From: a virus
Lineage: Duplodnaviria > Caudoviricetes
DNA length: 64,000 nt
Virus record (IMG/VR): IMGVR_UViG_2706795432_000001
Span: 11,029 to 75,028 of that record
Reading direction: 5' to 3' (one strand)
Shown: positions 38,347 through 48,349 of the stretch, in pieces
Numbering within the stretch: the first letter of the stretch is position 1
Layout: each line of letters begins with the position of its first letter
The notes under the pieces: model-generated
The model's input: the letters and a program-made list of their open reading frames with translations, nothing else
Databases searched by the model: none
What the model was told of the DNA's origin: nothing
Program-made: the position numbers and the translations under genes

Positions 38347-39777
38347 TTAGCTGACAGCAGCCAAGATCTGTTTCTCTTCTTTGGCCGTGAAGCCGAGCGC
38401 ATTGTAGCTCTTCTTCTTGGCTTTCTTGAAGGCTGCGAGAGCTTCAAACGCACCCTGATTGAACATCTGACGAGCACGTTCTGCGACGGTCATAGTCGTC
38501 TCTTTGGACTTCACGTAACCATCGTAGTCGTACTTGTCTGCCCAGCGACCCATGGTACGAGTGCTGGTGTTGTGCAGAGCGGCGATTGCCGATTTCGAGC
38601 CTTTCTCCAGACGGAGATCTTCGAACACTGCAATGACTTCCTTCGGAGCGTCGTCCCAAGGGGTTTTGCCAGATGCAGCTTTCTGAGAGGTTTTTGCCAT
38701 CTTCACGATGTCCTTCTTCTCTTTCTGGATCACCTCATCAGTATTCAGAGAATCACCAGAAGGTTGGATATCAGGCTTGGCTTCTTCCAAGGCGACAGCA
38801 GGAATCTCACGGCCTTTGATAGCCACTCGTTCCAGAACCTTCTTGGTGCCAACCTTCACAGCTTCGAACGGCTTGATAGCACGTCCCATGACTGCATCTT
38901 GGATGACAGATTTGAAGGTCTGTTCTCCGGTGACGAATGCACCAGAATCAACCATCTGATGTGCTCGTGCAGTCATGACGCCAATGACATCATATGCACA
39001 GACACGGGCCTTGTTCGTCTCGCCATGAGGGACTGCGATAAAGTTTGCAGGATCCACCAGAACGATCAGGGTATGCGTACCACCAAACCCACTGAGGTAG
39101 CCGAGATTGGCCACATGCAGGCCGTGAGAGCAGGATCGGTTGCGGCTGGGATCGACCCCATCCACATCCATCCAGACGTGACTCCCGACCTGTTGTTCGA
39201 TCTGCCCAGAGTGGACATCAACGAACATCCCATTGGCTTTCTGGTTCACCTTCTTGTACCCGATGATGAGACCATCATTGGTCAGAGGGAGGTCTGACCG
39301 TTCGATGAAGTCCATCAGATCTTCTGCACTGTGAAGACGATCTTTGGCCACTGGGGCGATCCGACGAAGGAAGTTGCGTACCGCAGGGGATTCCTCACGA
39401 GCAGCACGATTGGCGTGCCGTTCGAGTTTCTCCACCTTCGGAATGACAACAGTCTCTCCCTCGTGCTGAACGGCCACAGAGATTTTCTGGGGGTAGAAGA
39501 TCCCCTGAATCTGTTTGCCGTCGATCTCATGTGTGACAATAATGCCACTGTCTTCGAACCCCGGAGGCACAATGGCCTTACCGATGGTCATGAAGTCATT
39601 CAAGTCGAGTTCGATAATCGACTTGCCGTCGAGTTTGGGAGTCAGAAACTCCGCAATCCCGGTCGTGTCGTAGGGTCCATCGTTTTTCATGTCGATGACT
39701 TCACCTTCAGCGGTGATCAACATGATCTTCTCAGGAGACGCCAACATAGACACGATTTTCTTCGTGTTATCAGACAT
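38347..39777 (-). CDS. rIIB: rIIB-like protein
   Basis: DLPLTNDGLIIGYKKV, SCSHGLHVANLGY, ETNKARVCAY; C-terminal HTH. Confidence 0.85.
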   Translation of the reverse strand: MSDNTKKIVSMLASPEKIMLITAEGEVIDMKNDGPYDTTGIAEFLTPKLDGKSIIELDLNDFMTIGKAIVPPGFEDSGIIVTHEIDGKQIQGIFYPQKISVAVQHEGETVVIPKVEKLERHANRAAREESPAVRNFLRRIAPVAKDRLHSAEDLMDFIERSDLPLTNDGLIIGYKKVNQKANGMFVDVHSGQIEQQVGSHVWMDVDGVDPSRNRSCSHGLHVANLGYLSGFGGTHTLIVLVDPANFIAVPHGETNKARVCAYDVIGVMTARAHQMVDSGAFVTGEQTFKSVIQDAVMGRAIKPFEAVKVGTKKVLERVAIKGREIPAVALEEAKPDIQPSGDSLNTDEVIQKEKKDIVKMAKTSQKAASGKTPWDDAPKEVIAVFEDLRLEKGSKSAIAALHNTSTRTMGRWADKYDYDGYVKSKETTMTVAERARQMFNQGAFEALAAFKKAKKKSYNALGFTAKEEKQILAAVS

Positions 39778-39799
39778 TTGTCTATCCTTCTTGGTTTGA

Positions 39800-42352
39800 T
39801 CAAACAGTCCGCAAGAACCGCATGAGTTTCTCGGAGAACACCTTGATTTCGCCCGGTTTCATGCGATTCACATGGGACGCTATCCGGTAGTCGTTGAAGA
39901 GTTCGAGATTCTCCATCCTCTTACGAACCAAAGAAACAGTGTCCGATTCAACGTAAGGACTCAACGATTCGGTGATCAGATGACGAGTATTGCTGTCAGT
40001 GTACCGACAGTTTTTCGCCACATGGAGGAGCTTCATGTTCTGGAAGAATGTCTCTTTCTGCTTGGTTCGCAGATAGGGAACACCGAAGAACTTCTGGATC
40101 TCAGGCAAAGCCAAGAGCTTCTCTGGGAGACCAGACTCGTTCTGAAGCAGGTAATGCAGACGCATTGTCTCCACTTTCTGCTCATTTTCCAGAATCTTCA
40201 CAACCAGTTGGTGCAGTTTCTGTTCGTAGGTCGGGATCTTCTCGAATTTCTTCGTCACCCGAGACTTGTTGTGAATCACCACGAAACGAGGTGTGTTCTG
40301 ATAGACCCAAGCCATCAGTTGCTTGTCAGGAAGATCCGAACGATATCCATGTCGGATCTTATGCTCTGTCAAGGTGATATAGCAGGTGGGGTTTTCCACT
40401 GCATTATCCCAGTCAGCCCAGTCATTTTCAGCAGGGCTGTAGAGAGGATATGTAGCTGTAGCACGAGGTTGAGCCACGTATCCCGGAGCTTTCCGGACAG
40501 GAGCCACAGGTTCATCTGCCTCATGGACAATGTAACCAGCGTCTTCCAGAGCTTTGAGAGCCTTGTCATAGGCTCCTTTCTTCTGGTGAACGATGATGGC
40601 TGCCACAGGACGATCATAACTCCGGTAGTAGTGATCCCCGAAGCTGGACCGATGGAAATTGTGATAGTTCCCAACAGTCGGATAGTTCGCTGTGAACATG
40701 CTCTGATAATTGAAGGAGGTATCCTTCAGAGCACTGAGAGTCTTTGCCAGAATCACAGTCTTGGTCAGGTTGATGGAGGTGTATTCCTTACCATCTTTCT
40801 TGAACCAAAGACGATCAGGATACTGACGATTGGGCATAGAGAGGGCTTTCTGGCCCCCCAGTTGCTCAATCACGTTCTTCTGTCGTTGGTTCAGTCCTGA
40901 GAGCTTCCCAGCCCGACGACGGTTCTCCACGACGTACCATGTGTCACTTTGTTCCACACGGATGTCATTGTCCAAACCAGTCGCATCATCACAGATCTTC
41001 TTCGCTTCGATGAGTTCTTGCATCGACTTGGGAGTTTCGATCTGAGTCGGAGTATGAAGCTCATGCTTGGGAGATCCCCGGTGCATGATGTAGTTCCGGT
41101 AATGCTTGAAGTCCGGGAAATTCTTGGCCCAAATGATGTATTTCATCTGGTCCATCTTTTCGGAACCCAGCATCCGTTCGATGTCATCTGTCTTTCTGTA
41201 ACAAAGCTCACAGATGCTGTTCCACATGGACTGGTTCATGCCTTCAGGACATTGTTCCTGACCTGCACTGAGAACAGGATGATTCACGTCTGTCACTTGG
41301 GACAGATTCTTGCGATCACCAACACGAACCCATGCTTCGATGAGGAATTTCGGTTCCACACCAGACTCTTTGAGAGATTTGAAGCTCTCGTTGAGCATGA
41401 CACGGGTGGCAGGAGTCAGCATGAGTCGGAAGTTCTCTTCCATGATCTCAAGCTGGTTCTTGATAGTCTCCACAGTCTTCTCGTTCAGGTTCAGACCTTC
41501 ACGACTGGGAAGAGGTGTCAAAGTCGATGCTTTGAAACCGATATACATAGTCCCCAGCAGTCGAGCCATCTTCTTCACGAACCGGAATTCAGACGAATAG
41601 GCTTCATCTTCGATCAGTTCGTAACGAACACCACCATAGACGGCATAGAGATCTCCACGCCCATTTTCATCATCGACGATCCACTGACCGGGAGCCACTG
41701 AATCTGCTTCGATGGTTTCCACTTCTTCATCTTTGAAGTGGATATTTGCTTTGATCCCAGAGAGATACATCAGTTCCTTGATGTACTCATAGGCCCGTTC
41801 CATATCGCTCTCAGACTTGAGAGGAATAGTGACAAGCAGTCCGGATTCTTCCGTTGGAACATCTTCGAAGATGATGGACCGTCCGGGTCCACCATTGTTT
41901 TTCTCAGAAACCCTATTCATCACGTACATGCCTTTGAAGCCGTCGTGATGAGAGGTGACAGTGAAGCTGTCTGTGTAGGCGTAGGGAGATTTGGAACCAA
42001 GCCCGAAACCACCTGTCAGTTCATCATTGTCCCTCTTGGTCGAGTTACCGTAGATGCAGTAGATCGGATGGATCTCTTTCTTGTGGATACCGGGGCCATA
42101 GTCACGAATGATCAGGCCCGAGGTGTCATTGATGTAGATGTCGATAGGACGATCCTGACAGTTACCCATGCGGTGAGCATCCCATGCGTTGAACATGGTC
42201 TCTTGGATCATGGTACGCATTGGTTTCTGGTAAAGACCAGTGGACAACATGCCCATCAAAACGGGGTCATTTGTAACCCCGAAGGCTTCGGTTTCTCCGC
42301 CTCCGATCAGAACATTCTTCTGCTCGAAGTCACCACCGTTCAGCACTTGCAT
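39800..42352 (-). CDS. rIIA: rIIA-like protein (N-terminal GHKL ATPase)
   Basis: LYQKPMRTMIQETMFNAWDAH, IRDYGPGI, GGFGLGSKSPYAY. Confidence 0.9.
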   Translation of the reverse strand: MQVLNGGDFEQKNVLIGGGETEAFGVTNDPVLMGMLSTGLYQKPMRTMIQETMFNAWDAHRMGNCQDRPIDIYINDTSGLIIRDYGPGIHKKEIHPIYCIYGNSTKRDNDELTGGFGLGSKSPYAYTDSFTVTSHHDGFKGMYVMNRVSEKNNGGPGRSIIFEDVPTEESGLLVTIPLKSESDMERAYEYIKELMYLSGIKANIHFKDEEVETIEADSVAPGQWIVDDENGRGDLYAVYGGVRYELIEDEAYSSEFRFVKKMARLLGTMYIGFKASTLTPLPSREGLNLNEKTVETIKNQLEIMEENFRLMLTPATRVMLNESFKSLKESGVEPKFLIEAWVRVGDRKNLSQVTDVNHPVLSAGQEQCPEGMNQSMWNSICELCYRKTDDIERMLGSEKMDQMKYIIWAKNFPDFKHYRNYIMHRGSPKHELHTPTQIETPKSMQELIEAKKICDDATGLDNDIRVEQSDTWYVVENRRRAGKLSGLNQRQKNVIEQLGGQKALSMPNRQYPDRLWFKKDGKEYTSINLTKTVILAKTLSALKDTSFNYQSMFTANYPTVGNYHNFHRSSFGDHYYRSYDRPVAAIIVHQKKGAYDKALKALEDAGYIVHEADEPVAPVRKAPGYVAQPRATATYPLYSPAENDWADWDNAVENPTCYITLTEHKIRHGYRSDLPDKQLMAWVYQNTPRFVVIHNKSRVTKKFEKIPTYEQKLHQLVVKILENEQKVETMRLHYLLQNESGLPEKLLALPEIQKFFGVPYLRTKQKETFFQNMKLLHVAKNCRYTDSNTRHLITESLSPYVESDTVSLVRKRMENLELFNDYRIASHVNRMKPGEIKVFSEKLMRFLRTV

Positions 42353-42374
42353 TGTCGTTCTCCTTTCAGAAATG

Positions 42375-42406
42375 AAAAACCCCCCACGGAGTTACCGTAG
42401 GGGGTC
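42375..42406 (-). terminator. Terminator after thioredoxin
   Basis: Minus strand CCCCCTACGG-TAACT-CCGTGGGGGG-TTTTT. Confidence 0.8.
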
Positions 42407-42481
42407 TATCCCGTCATAGGACATCAAGGATGCCGTGGATCGCAATTTCGCTCTTGCTACTGCGACTCCACTCAGGGATTC

Positions 42482-42799
42482 TCAGATGTTTTCCTGAATC
42501 CAGAGCCGAAGCTCTGTTTTGTTCATGGTTCCAGCGTGAATCTCACGGATCATACCGTCAGCAAACAACGCCAAAGAAGGAACAGATCGAATGCCAAGTT
42601 CATTGGCAGTCTTTTCTGCTTGTTCGATGTCCATCTCAGCAAAGCGAATGTCACCTTGCATCTGTTCTGCCATGTCCTCGAAGACAGGTTTCATCCGTTT
42701 GCACGGTTGACACCACGAGCCAGTGAACATGACCACAATGGGGTCAGTATTCTCTCGCATCTCCGGGACGAAATCGGCATCACTGAGGGTTCGAATCAT
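42482..42799 (-). CDS. trxA: Thioredoxin
   Basis: WCQPC active site; IRSVPSL. Confidence 0.9.
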   Translation of the reverse strand: MIRTLSDADFVPEMRENTDPIVVMFTGSWCQPCKRMKPVFEDMAEQMQGDIRFAEMDIEQAEKTANELGIRSVPSLALFADGMIREIHAGTMNKTELRLWIQENI

Positions 42800-43322
42800 T
42801 GGCTGCTTCCTCCTGTTGCAGTTTTTTCCACATCTCGACGATGGGCATCATGTCAGGAGCCGTGTAGTTCGGACCTTTCATGATCTTGCCATCATCACGA
42901 CGAATCGGTTTCCCGTTCTCATCCAGCTTGCTCATGTTGGAAGCATGGACAATCTCGAACGAGTTCAGAATCAGAGGAAGAGGAATCCGGAGTTTCTGAG
43001 AAACCATGGTGACGACTTCAGCAGCTTCATCGAGAATGTTCTGAAGCTCTTGGTTCGTGGTATCATCCACGACTTCAGGAGCATAGACAGGCATGACGTT
43101 GTAGAAATAGGCCACGACGTAGATCACGTCAGCCAGTTCCTTGAAGATGTCAGCCATGTTCTCGTCGCTGAGTTCTTTCTTCTCGTAGGCTTCTCGGAGT
43201 TCTTTGGTCTCCTCGGTGATGAGGGTTTTGGCAGCCCATACGAAGTCGAGCTTTCCGCCCATCACAGCGATGAATTCCCGCTGAATCTTGAAGAGTTCAG
43301 CAGGCAGTTGTTGGGTAAACAT
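42780..43322 (-). CDS. MazG-like all-alpha NTP pyrophosphohydrolase (possible dUTPase)
   Basis: EETKEL..KELADVIYV; EIVHASNMSK; GKIMKGPNY. Confidence 0.8.
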   Translation of the reverse strand: MFTQQLPAELFKIQREFIAVMGGKLDFVWAAKTLITEETKELREAYEKKELSDENMADIFKELADVIYVVAYFYNVMPVYAPEVVDDTTNQELQNILDEAAEVVTMVSQKLRIPLPLILNSFEIVHASNMSKLDENGKPIRRDDGKIMKGPNYTAPDMMPIVEMWKKLQQEEAANDSNPQ

Positions 43323-43376
43323 TGAGTTTCCTTTCTGGTTTGTGACACAACCACGAGAGACAAAGTGGTTTGTGTC

Positions 43377-43607
43377 TCATTTTGGGCGATTTATGAGACT
43401 CAAAGCGTCCCACTCATGCTCACGACACAGGTTCCGGAACTGTCTCTTGGTGCCGTACCAAGCGTAGTTCCGGTCTGTGGTGAGCTTCGTGCCAGAAAGA
43501 TGCAGGTATCTCAAGGGGTGATCTTGAGTGTCGATTGCATAGTAGAGATCTTGAGGGTTGATACGGTCCAGTCTCGTGACTGGTTTGATCGGTGAGACTG
43601 GAACCAT
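43377..43607 (-). CDS. Hypothetical protein
   Basis: 76 aa ORF between tail cassette and MazG-like gene. Confidence 0.5.
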   Translation of the reverse strand: MVPVSPIKPVTRLDRINPQDLYYAIDTQDHPLRYLHLSGTKLTTDRNYAWYGTKRQFRNLCREHEWDALSLINRPK

Positions 43608-43610
43608 GTG

Positions 43611-44603
43611 TTAGACCTTCGACAAGACGCCTACTTCAAGGGTGGCCAGATCAGCCGTATCCCATGCGAGAGCGGTTTGTGGGTTTACGGTGTGCTCAAC
43701 CATGGTGGTTTGTCCCAACGTGAGATTGGATCCATCCACATCAGTTGAAGCATGACGAATAAAGGGAGCAATGTTCTGTGGTCCAGTACCACCTGCACCA
43801 GCATTACCATTGAAGCTGTTGATCACGGCTCGCACAGCAGATGTGGTGGCAGGACCACCATAAGGAGAGAGTGTCCAACTTTGCCGTTGGTTTGCAGTTT
43901 GAACACTTATAGCCAAACCATCATTCACATCTTGAATGTCTGCAAACCCACCATCCCAATTAGTATAGTTGCCATTGGCATTTGGAGTTAAAGTTGCCAA
44001 ATGCCATCCAACAGTAGATTCATTATCTGTAATAATGAATTCGGAATAGTAAAATCTCAAATTACTATCAGTTGCTGAGTAAACCATATCCTCATGGTCA
44101 AAATTGATTTGACGAGGTGCAGACAGTCCACCTGTATTGGCAGCCGTGGCTGTCATCTGAAGTACGCCATTCAGATAGACAGACATTTCCAAATTAGCTC
44201 CAGCAGTGAATTTTACATCAATGGTTTGAAGTGTTTTTTCTGCCAGAAGCATAGATCCAACAGATTCTTCAGTAGTATCACCATAGACTTGAGCACGATG
44301 AACACCATCAGTAAGGTTATAGCGACCTAGTAGAGTTCCAGAGGCATCTTTCAAGTCAAACCAATATCCATCGACATTGACATTTGACATGTTACTGCCA
44401 GTATAGACATTGAAATGATACCAAACAGTCCCGCTTACTGCTTCAGCATGTTCAACAAAAAAACCAGCTTTTCCGATATTAAAGATTGCTTGCACCAAAG
44501 CTGACTCTGAACAATAGTTCGAGTCAAAAAAAGTGGCATTAGTATCTTTAATGGTTCCTCCACCGAAATCAGCAGCCCGACTTCCCACAAATAGAATTGT
44601 CAT
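43611..44603 (-). CDS. Putative tail fibre / receptor-binding protein
   Basis: AAGGAG RBS; beta-rich, T/S/G/N rich; C-terminal WDTADLATLEVGV; low GC. Confidence 0.55.
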   Translation of the reverse strand: MTILFVGSRAADFGGGTIKDTNATFFDSNYCSESALVQAIFNIGKAGFFVEHAEAVSGTVWYHFNVYTGSNMSNVNVDGYWFDLKDASGTLLGRYNLTDGVHRAQVYGDTTEESVGSMLLAEKTLQTIDVKFTAGANLEMSVYLNGVLQMTATAANTGGLSAPRQINFDHEDMVYSATDSNLRFYYSEFIITDNESTVGWHLATLTPNANGNYTNWDGGFADIQDVNDGLAISVQTANQRQSWTLSPYGGPATTSAVRAVINSFNGNAGAGGTGPQNIAPFIRHASTDVDGSNLTLGQTTMVEHTVNPQTALAWDTADLATLEVGVLSKV

Positions 44604-44613
44604 GATGCTCTCC

Positions 44614-45483
44614 TTACGGGTTATCTAAGACTACATAGGTAGTCATATGTTTGAGGGAAACTCCGGTATAGGATTCTCCCGTTACGACAAATGTCGTAGC
44701 CAGATCAACGAAAGTGAATTCAAATTTCACTGGGATTTCAATGAAAACATGGAAATCACGTTGATTAGATGAATTGGCACCTTGATCGAATGTTACTGTT
44801 TGTGGGTTAGTCAAAGGATCAATGTTGCTACGAGAAGATAATGCGTACCAAAATGAAGGATCTAAGTCTTCATTTGGAGCTACATCCTGAGTTCCATCAA
44901 TGTATGTGGCTTCCATTTCACTGGCGATTTGAGTGTTATTTTGCCACATAGCAACTGATACTACACCAGATCCTTCCGCAGCAGTGTATGTTTGGGAGGA
45001 AAGTTTAGCCAGTCCATAGGCAACAGGTGAAACTGAAATTGAGTTCAGATTTGCATTAGCAGAAAGTCGATAAACTGCACAGAATGAACGATAATGAGTT
45101 GCATAGTTGGCAATATCCAAAGTTGCAGTACCAGCCGTTGTAACCTCGACAGCAAATGCTGTGATGGATTCATATTCTGCGTTTTCGACAGTATCAGACG
45201 GAGCAATACCAAACAGTTGGGTATAGGTAAGAACAGCAGTTCCACCTCCAAAACTGGTTGGAGTGTTCCAATATGAATCATTGGCCGCAGAACCACCTAC
45301 TTGACCACCGAGGATCACTAGATAAGGACCAGTCTGATCAAATGAGATGTTATGTGAAGTACTACTTGCTTGAATGGTATTAATGTTGACTCTTTCAAAT
45401 GTCACAACTGTACCCCAACCCAAAGAAGGGGCTGCTGCTGTCATTGCAGCATAGGATACAGAAGCGAGAAGAGAGTTCATCAT
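44614..45483 (-). CDS. Putative tail fibre / receptor-binding protein
   Basis: ATGA overlap; beta-rich; low GC; within tail cassette. Confidence 0.55.
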   Translation of the reverse strand: MMNSLLASVSYAAMTAAAPSLGWGTVVTFERVNINTIQASSTSHNISFDQTGPYLVILGGQVGGSAANDSYWNTPTSFGGGTAVLTYTQLFGIAPSDTVENAEYESITAFAVEVTTAGTATLDIANYATHYRSFCAVYRLSANANLNSISVSPVAYGLAKLSSQTYTAAEGSGVVSVAMWQNNTQIASEMEATYIDGTQDVAPNEDLDPSFWYALSSRSNIDPLTNPQTVTFDQGANSSNQRDFHVFIEIPVKFEFTFVDLATTFVVTGESYTGVSLKHMTTYVVLDNP

Positions 45484-46676
45484 GTGGTTAGGTTTCCGAT
45501 CAGATAGTAGGTGTTTGCTGTGGTTGCATCAGGAATGAGCGTAGCAGAACCATACTGATCAGCAATGGTCAAGTTTCCACCTGCACTGTGGATGGTTACT
45601 CCAACCCCTGCTGCAAAGCTCACAGCCCCTGCACCAGTGGCAATGAAGGTCACGGGTTGTCCACCTGTCATGCTTGGTTCAACCGTAATTGTCTGAGCCG
45701 CTGCATTATTCATACGACGTACTACGTTTCCAGCAAAGTCAGCAGAGACAGTGCTATAAGCTGTGGCTGTGATCTCAGTTTGAACCATGGTTGTAACTGG
45801 ACCTTCAGGACCGACTAGAGACACACCAGCAGGCCACGTACCATTCTTGGGGCCAAAGATGGTATTGGTATCAGTACGATAGTAGAAATCCCCATCATTG
45901 CCTTCTGTGGTGGGATCTACGGTTCCTGAAAGGATACCGGATCCAACACCATTGACGGTCAGAACAATGTCATAGGTACATTCCATCCCGACGTAGGATG
46001 ACCCAAAGGCAACGAAAGTCTCGCTTCCTTGGATATCATTGTCGATAATATACCCACCCAAATCATACGAAGACAGGACACCTGTCATACCTCCATCTCC
46101 AGCATGAGATTCAAGCTGAGTGGATCCTGTACCTCCTTGTTGGGTGATCAAGATTGCATAATCTTGTGCCGGAACCAGACGAAGAGCAGTTCCAAAAGTG
46201 AAAGTGATGAATTCATCAGCCCCACCAGTGGAAACTTGAGTGACTCGTCCAACAATGGTTCCAATTGTGGTGCCAGAGATCTCGGCTACAACACATTCAT
46301 AAGTTTGAGAGGATGTGTTATTGCCTTGGAATGTGACTGTTTTCAGGTCAATGTCATATTGGACCCGAACTCGGTTCCCTTTGGTTGCAGCATTTGTAGC
46401 AGAAACAGCCGTACTCCACCCAGTCACACTGGGTTGAGCATCAATAAACATGGCAGTCAGTTGACCACCACTCCCACCAGAAGGGAAATCCGTAAATTCC
46501 AGAGCAGTTTCTCCAGAATTTACTCGAATAGCTTTTAGAGCCTGACCAGTGAAATCGGCAGGTGTGTCTGAAAGTGCAGTAAAAGCAGATGCACCTCCAG
46601 AACCGGGAAGGGTGTCCCCAGACGGAAGTTCTTGAAGCTCGCCATTGACGAGGACAATAGGACGACGTTCAGCCAT
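45480..46676 (-). CDS. Tail fibre protein
   Basis: RRPIVLVNGELQELPSGDTL N-terminus; FTALSDTPADF..VNSGETALEF; GNDGDFYYRTDTNTIFGPK..W..GPEGP fibre motif. Confidence 0.7.
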   Translation of the reverse strand: MAERRPIVLVNGELQELPSGDTLPGSGGASAFTALSDTPADFTGQALKAIRVNSGETALEFTDFPSGGSGGQLTAMFIDAQPSVTGWSTAVSATNAATKGNRVRVQYDIDLKTVTFQGNNTSSQTYECVVAEISGTTIGTIVGRVTQVSTGGADEFITFTFGTALRLVPAQDYAILITQQGGTGSTQLESHAGDGGMTGVLSSYDLGGYIIDNDIQGSETFVAFGSSYVGMECTYDIVLTVNGVGSGILSGTVDPTTEGNDGDFYYRTDTNTIFGPKNGTWPAGVSLVGPEGPVTTMVQTEITATAYSTVSADFAGNVVRRMNNAAAQTITVEPSMTGGQPVTFIATGAGAVSFAAGVGVTIHSAGGNLTIADQYGSATLIPDATTANTYYLIGNLTT

Positions 46677-46692
46677 GGGAACACCCTTTTAG

Positions 46693-47199
46693 TTATACAA
46701 GCAAAATCGGATCTTGCGGTTGGAAGTTGATCACAGTCGAAGAGACTGCGAATCCAAGACGCTGAACGATATTGCCTGATGCAGAAGGAGCCACATGGTT
46801 CGAGGCACCCGGAGTAGTCGAGAGGAAGTGCATTCCCGGAGTCAAACCGGAAACTTGGTTGTTGAGTCCACCCCAATAGACCGTTGCAGTCTGCCCAGTG
46901 GTATAGGCAGTCAGAACGAAACCATTGGCAGGAGCCACACCTGTCGAAGCATCAGCTTTCCGCACCTTGGCGATACCACCGTCATTGAAGACGTTGACGA
47001 AATCACCTGCTGCGAGAGCACCAAAGGCTTCGATAGCACTGGTTTCAGCACCAATACCAGTGGGCATCATGGTGGAATCAAGGCGACCAGACAAGTCCAA
47101 TGCAGGGATCTTGTTGGCCTGACCTGCACCACCCGTAGCAGTGGCTTCCACTTCACGGAAACCTCCTGCTGCATCGTGTTGAAGGAACTTATCGGGCAT
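46693..47199 (-). CDS. Virion structural protein (DUF2190/cement-like beta fold)
   Basis: ALAAGDFVNV..KADAS..ANGFV..GLTPG..FLSTTPG. Confidence 0.6.
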   Translation of the reverse strand: MPDKFLQHDAAGGFREVEATATGGAGQANKIPALDLSGRLDSTMMPTGIGAETSAIEAFGALAAGDFVNVFNDGGIAKVRKADASTGVAPANGFVLTAYTTGQTATVYWGGLNNQVSGLTPGMHFLSTTPGASNHVAPSASGNIVQRLGFAVSSTVINFQPQDPILLV

Positions 47200-47202
47200 C
47201 TG

Positions 47203-47706
47203 TTACACTCCTATGATGGGATAAGGATCGAGGTTGATCTGCGTAGCAGAAATTGCCCAGCCAATCCGGCGAATGGGATTTCCAGCAGAAGGTACGGTCT
47301 GAGTTATCACACCGTTGGTTGAAATGAAAATGGGAGCATTGGGAGTCCAAGCCCATCCACCTTCAGTCATGAGTCCAGACCGGACTACATTCACCGGATC
47401 ACCAATTGGCACAGCCATACGGGTGACACCTGCATAGTTCGCCAGACTGTCTGCATCCATTTGGGTCAGAAGTCCGTCATATCCAACTGCACGGTACGCA
47501 TTGATCGTTTCCAGAGCAGTGATTTGAACATCGAGAGTACCAGAACTGGCATTCTCCACGTTGTTGAAACCAGTGCCAACATTGAGTCGCAATGGTTCAC
47601 GCTGACTGAGTGTCAGATTGAAGTTTTGGTCGATACCGATCTGATCATTGGCGATGACGATCTCGTATCGAGGTCCGAAGACCGCATTGAGGGTTACATC
47701 GCTCAT
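47203..47706 (-). CDS. Virion structural protein, paralogous-looking to 46693-47199
   Basis: ETINAYRAV..AGVTRMA..WAWTPNAPIFISTNG..RRIGWAIS. Confidence 0.6.
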   Translation of the reverse strand: MSDVTLNAVFGPRYEIVIANDQIGIDQNFNLTLSQREPLRLNVGTGFNNVENASSGTLDVQITALETINAYRAVGYDGLLTQMDADSLANYAGVTRMAVPIGDPVNVVRSGLMTEGGWAWTPNAPIFISTNGVITQTVPSAGNPIRRIGWAISATQINLDPYPIIGV

Positions 47707-48032
47707 TGTGTCTGATCCTCCGTGCAGTCGATGATGAACGTCTGACTGGAGACACGACCTTCAACGGGTCGATCAAACTGGATGTCGCATTTGAGCTTGC
47801 GAACAGGCCAGATGGCAGTTTGTTCTTTGGGAAGGGAGATACTGAATTCACCTTGGGCAGCGTTGGTAATGGTGACATCCAGATCTGCGATCAGTTTCCG
47901 TGCGTAACGGACCTGAGAAGCAATGGTCCAGCCAGTAATATCGACTGGAGTGCCATTGTTGTCGGGGTCGGTAAGGGTCATCGGGATGACAAAATCATCG
48001 CCCCGGACAAATTCATATGTGACTTCGGCCAT
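47703..48032 (-). CDS. BppU-like / Ig-like tail-associated protein
   Basis: EFVRGDDF..PVDITGWTIASQVR..AQGEFSISL..TAIW..CDIQF. Confidence 0.65.
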   Translation of the reverse strand: MAEVTYEFVRGDDFVIPMTLTDPDNNGTPVDITGWTIASQVRYARKLIADLDVTITNAAQGEFSISLPKEQTAIWPVRKLKCDIQFDRPVEGRVSSQTFIIDCTEDQTQ

Positions 48033-48119
48033 GTCATCATCCTCTGTGCTTGGTTAGTCCACCACGCTTTACCATGAGGGGGTTTCCATGACCATATTAA
48101 ACTGAAAGTCAATAAGTTT

Positions 48120-48197
48120 TGGTCGGAATGGAAGGATTCGAACCTTCGATTTCTCGGTCCCAAACCGAGCGACTTAACCAGACTAGCCTACATTCCG
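48120..48197 (-). tRNA. tRNA-Pro (UGG)
   Basis: CGGAATG acceptor stem, CTCGG-TTTGGGA-CCGAG anticodon arm, GTTCGAAT T-loop, encoded CCA. Confidence 0.95.
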
Positions 48198-48200
48198 CCT

Positions 48201-48276
48201 TGGTTGTGGTGGCTGGACTTGAACCAGCGACATTTCGATTATCGGTCGAACGCTCTACCAACTGAGCTACACCACA
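48201..48276 (-). tRNA. tRNA-Ile (GAU) with C33
   Basis: TGTGGTG/CACCACA acceptor, TTCGA-CCGATAA-TCGAA anticodon arm, GTTCAAGT T-loop, encoded CCA. Confidence 0.92.
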
Positions 48277-48304
48277 AAAAAGCCCACCCCCGTAGGGATG
48301 GGCT
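48276..48304 (-). terminator. Terminator-like hairpin immediately upstream of the tRNA pair
   Basis: Minus strand AGCCCATCCC-TACG-GGGGTGGGCT-TTTTT. Confidence 0.75.
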
Positions 48305-48349
48305 GTTCTTTACCACTGTGACTGAATCAGTCAACAGGGAGATAGCAGA

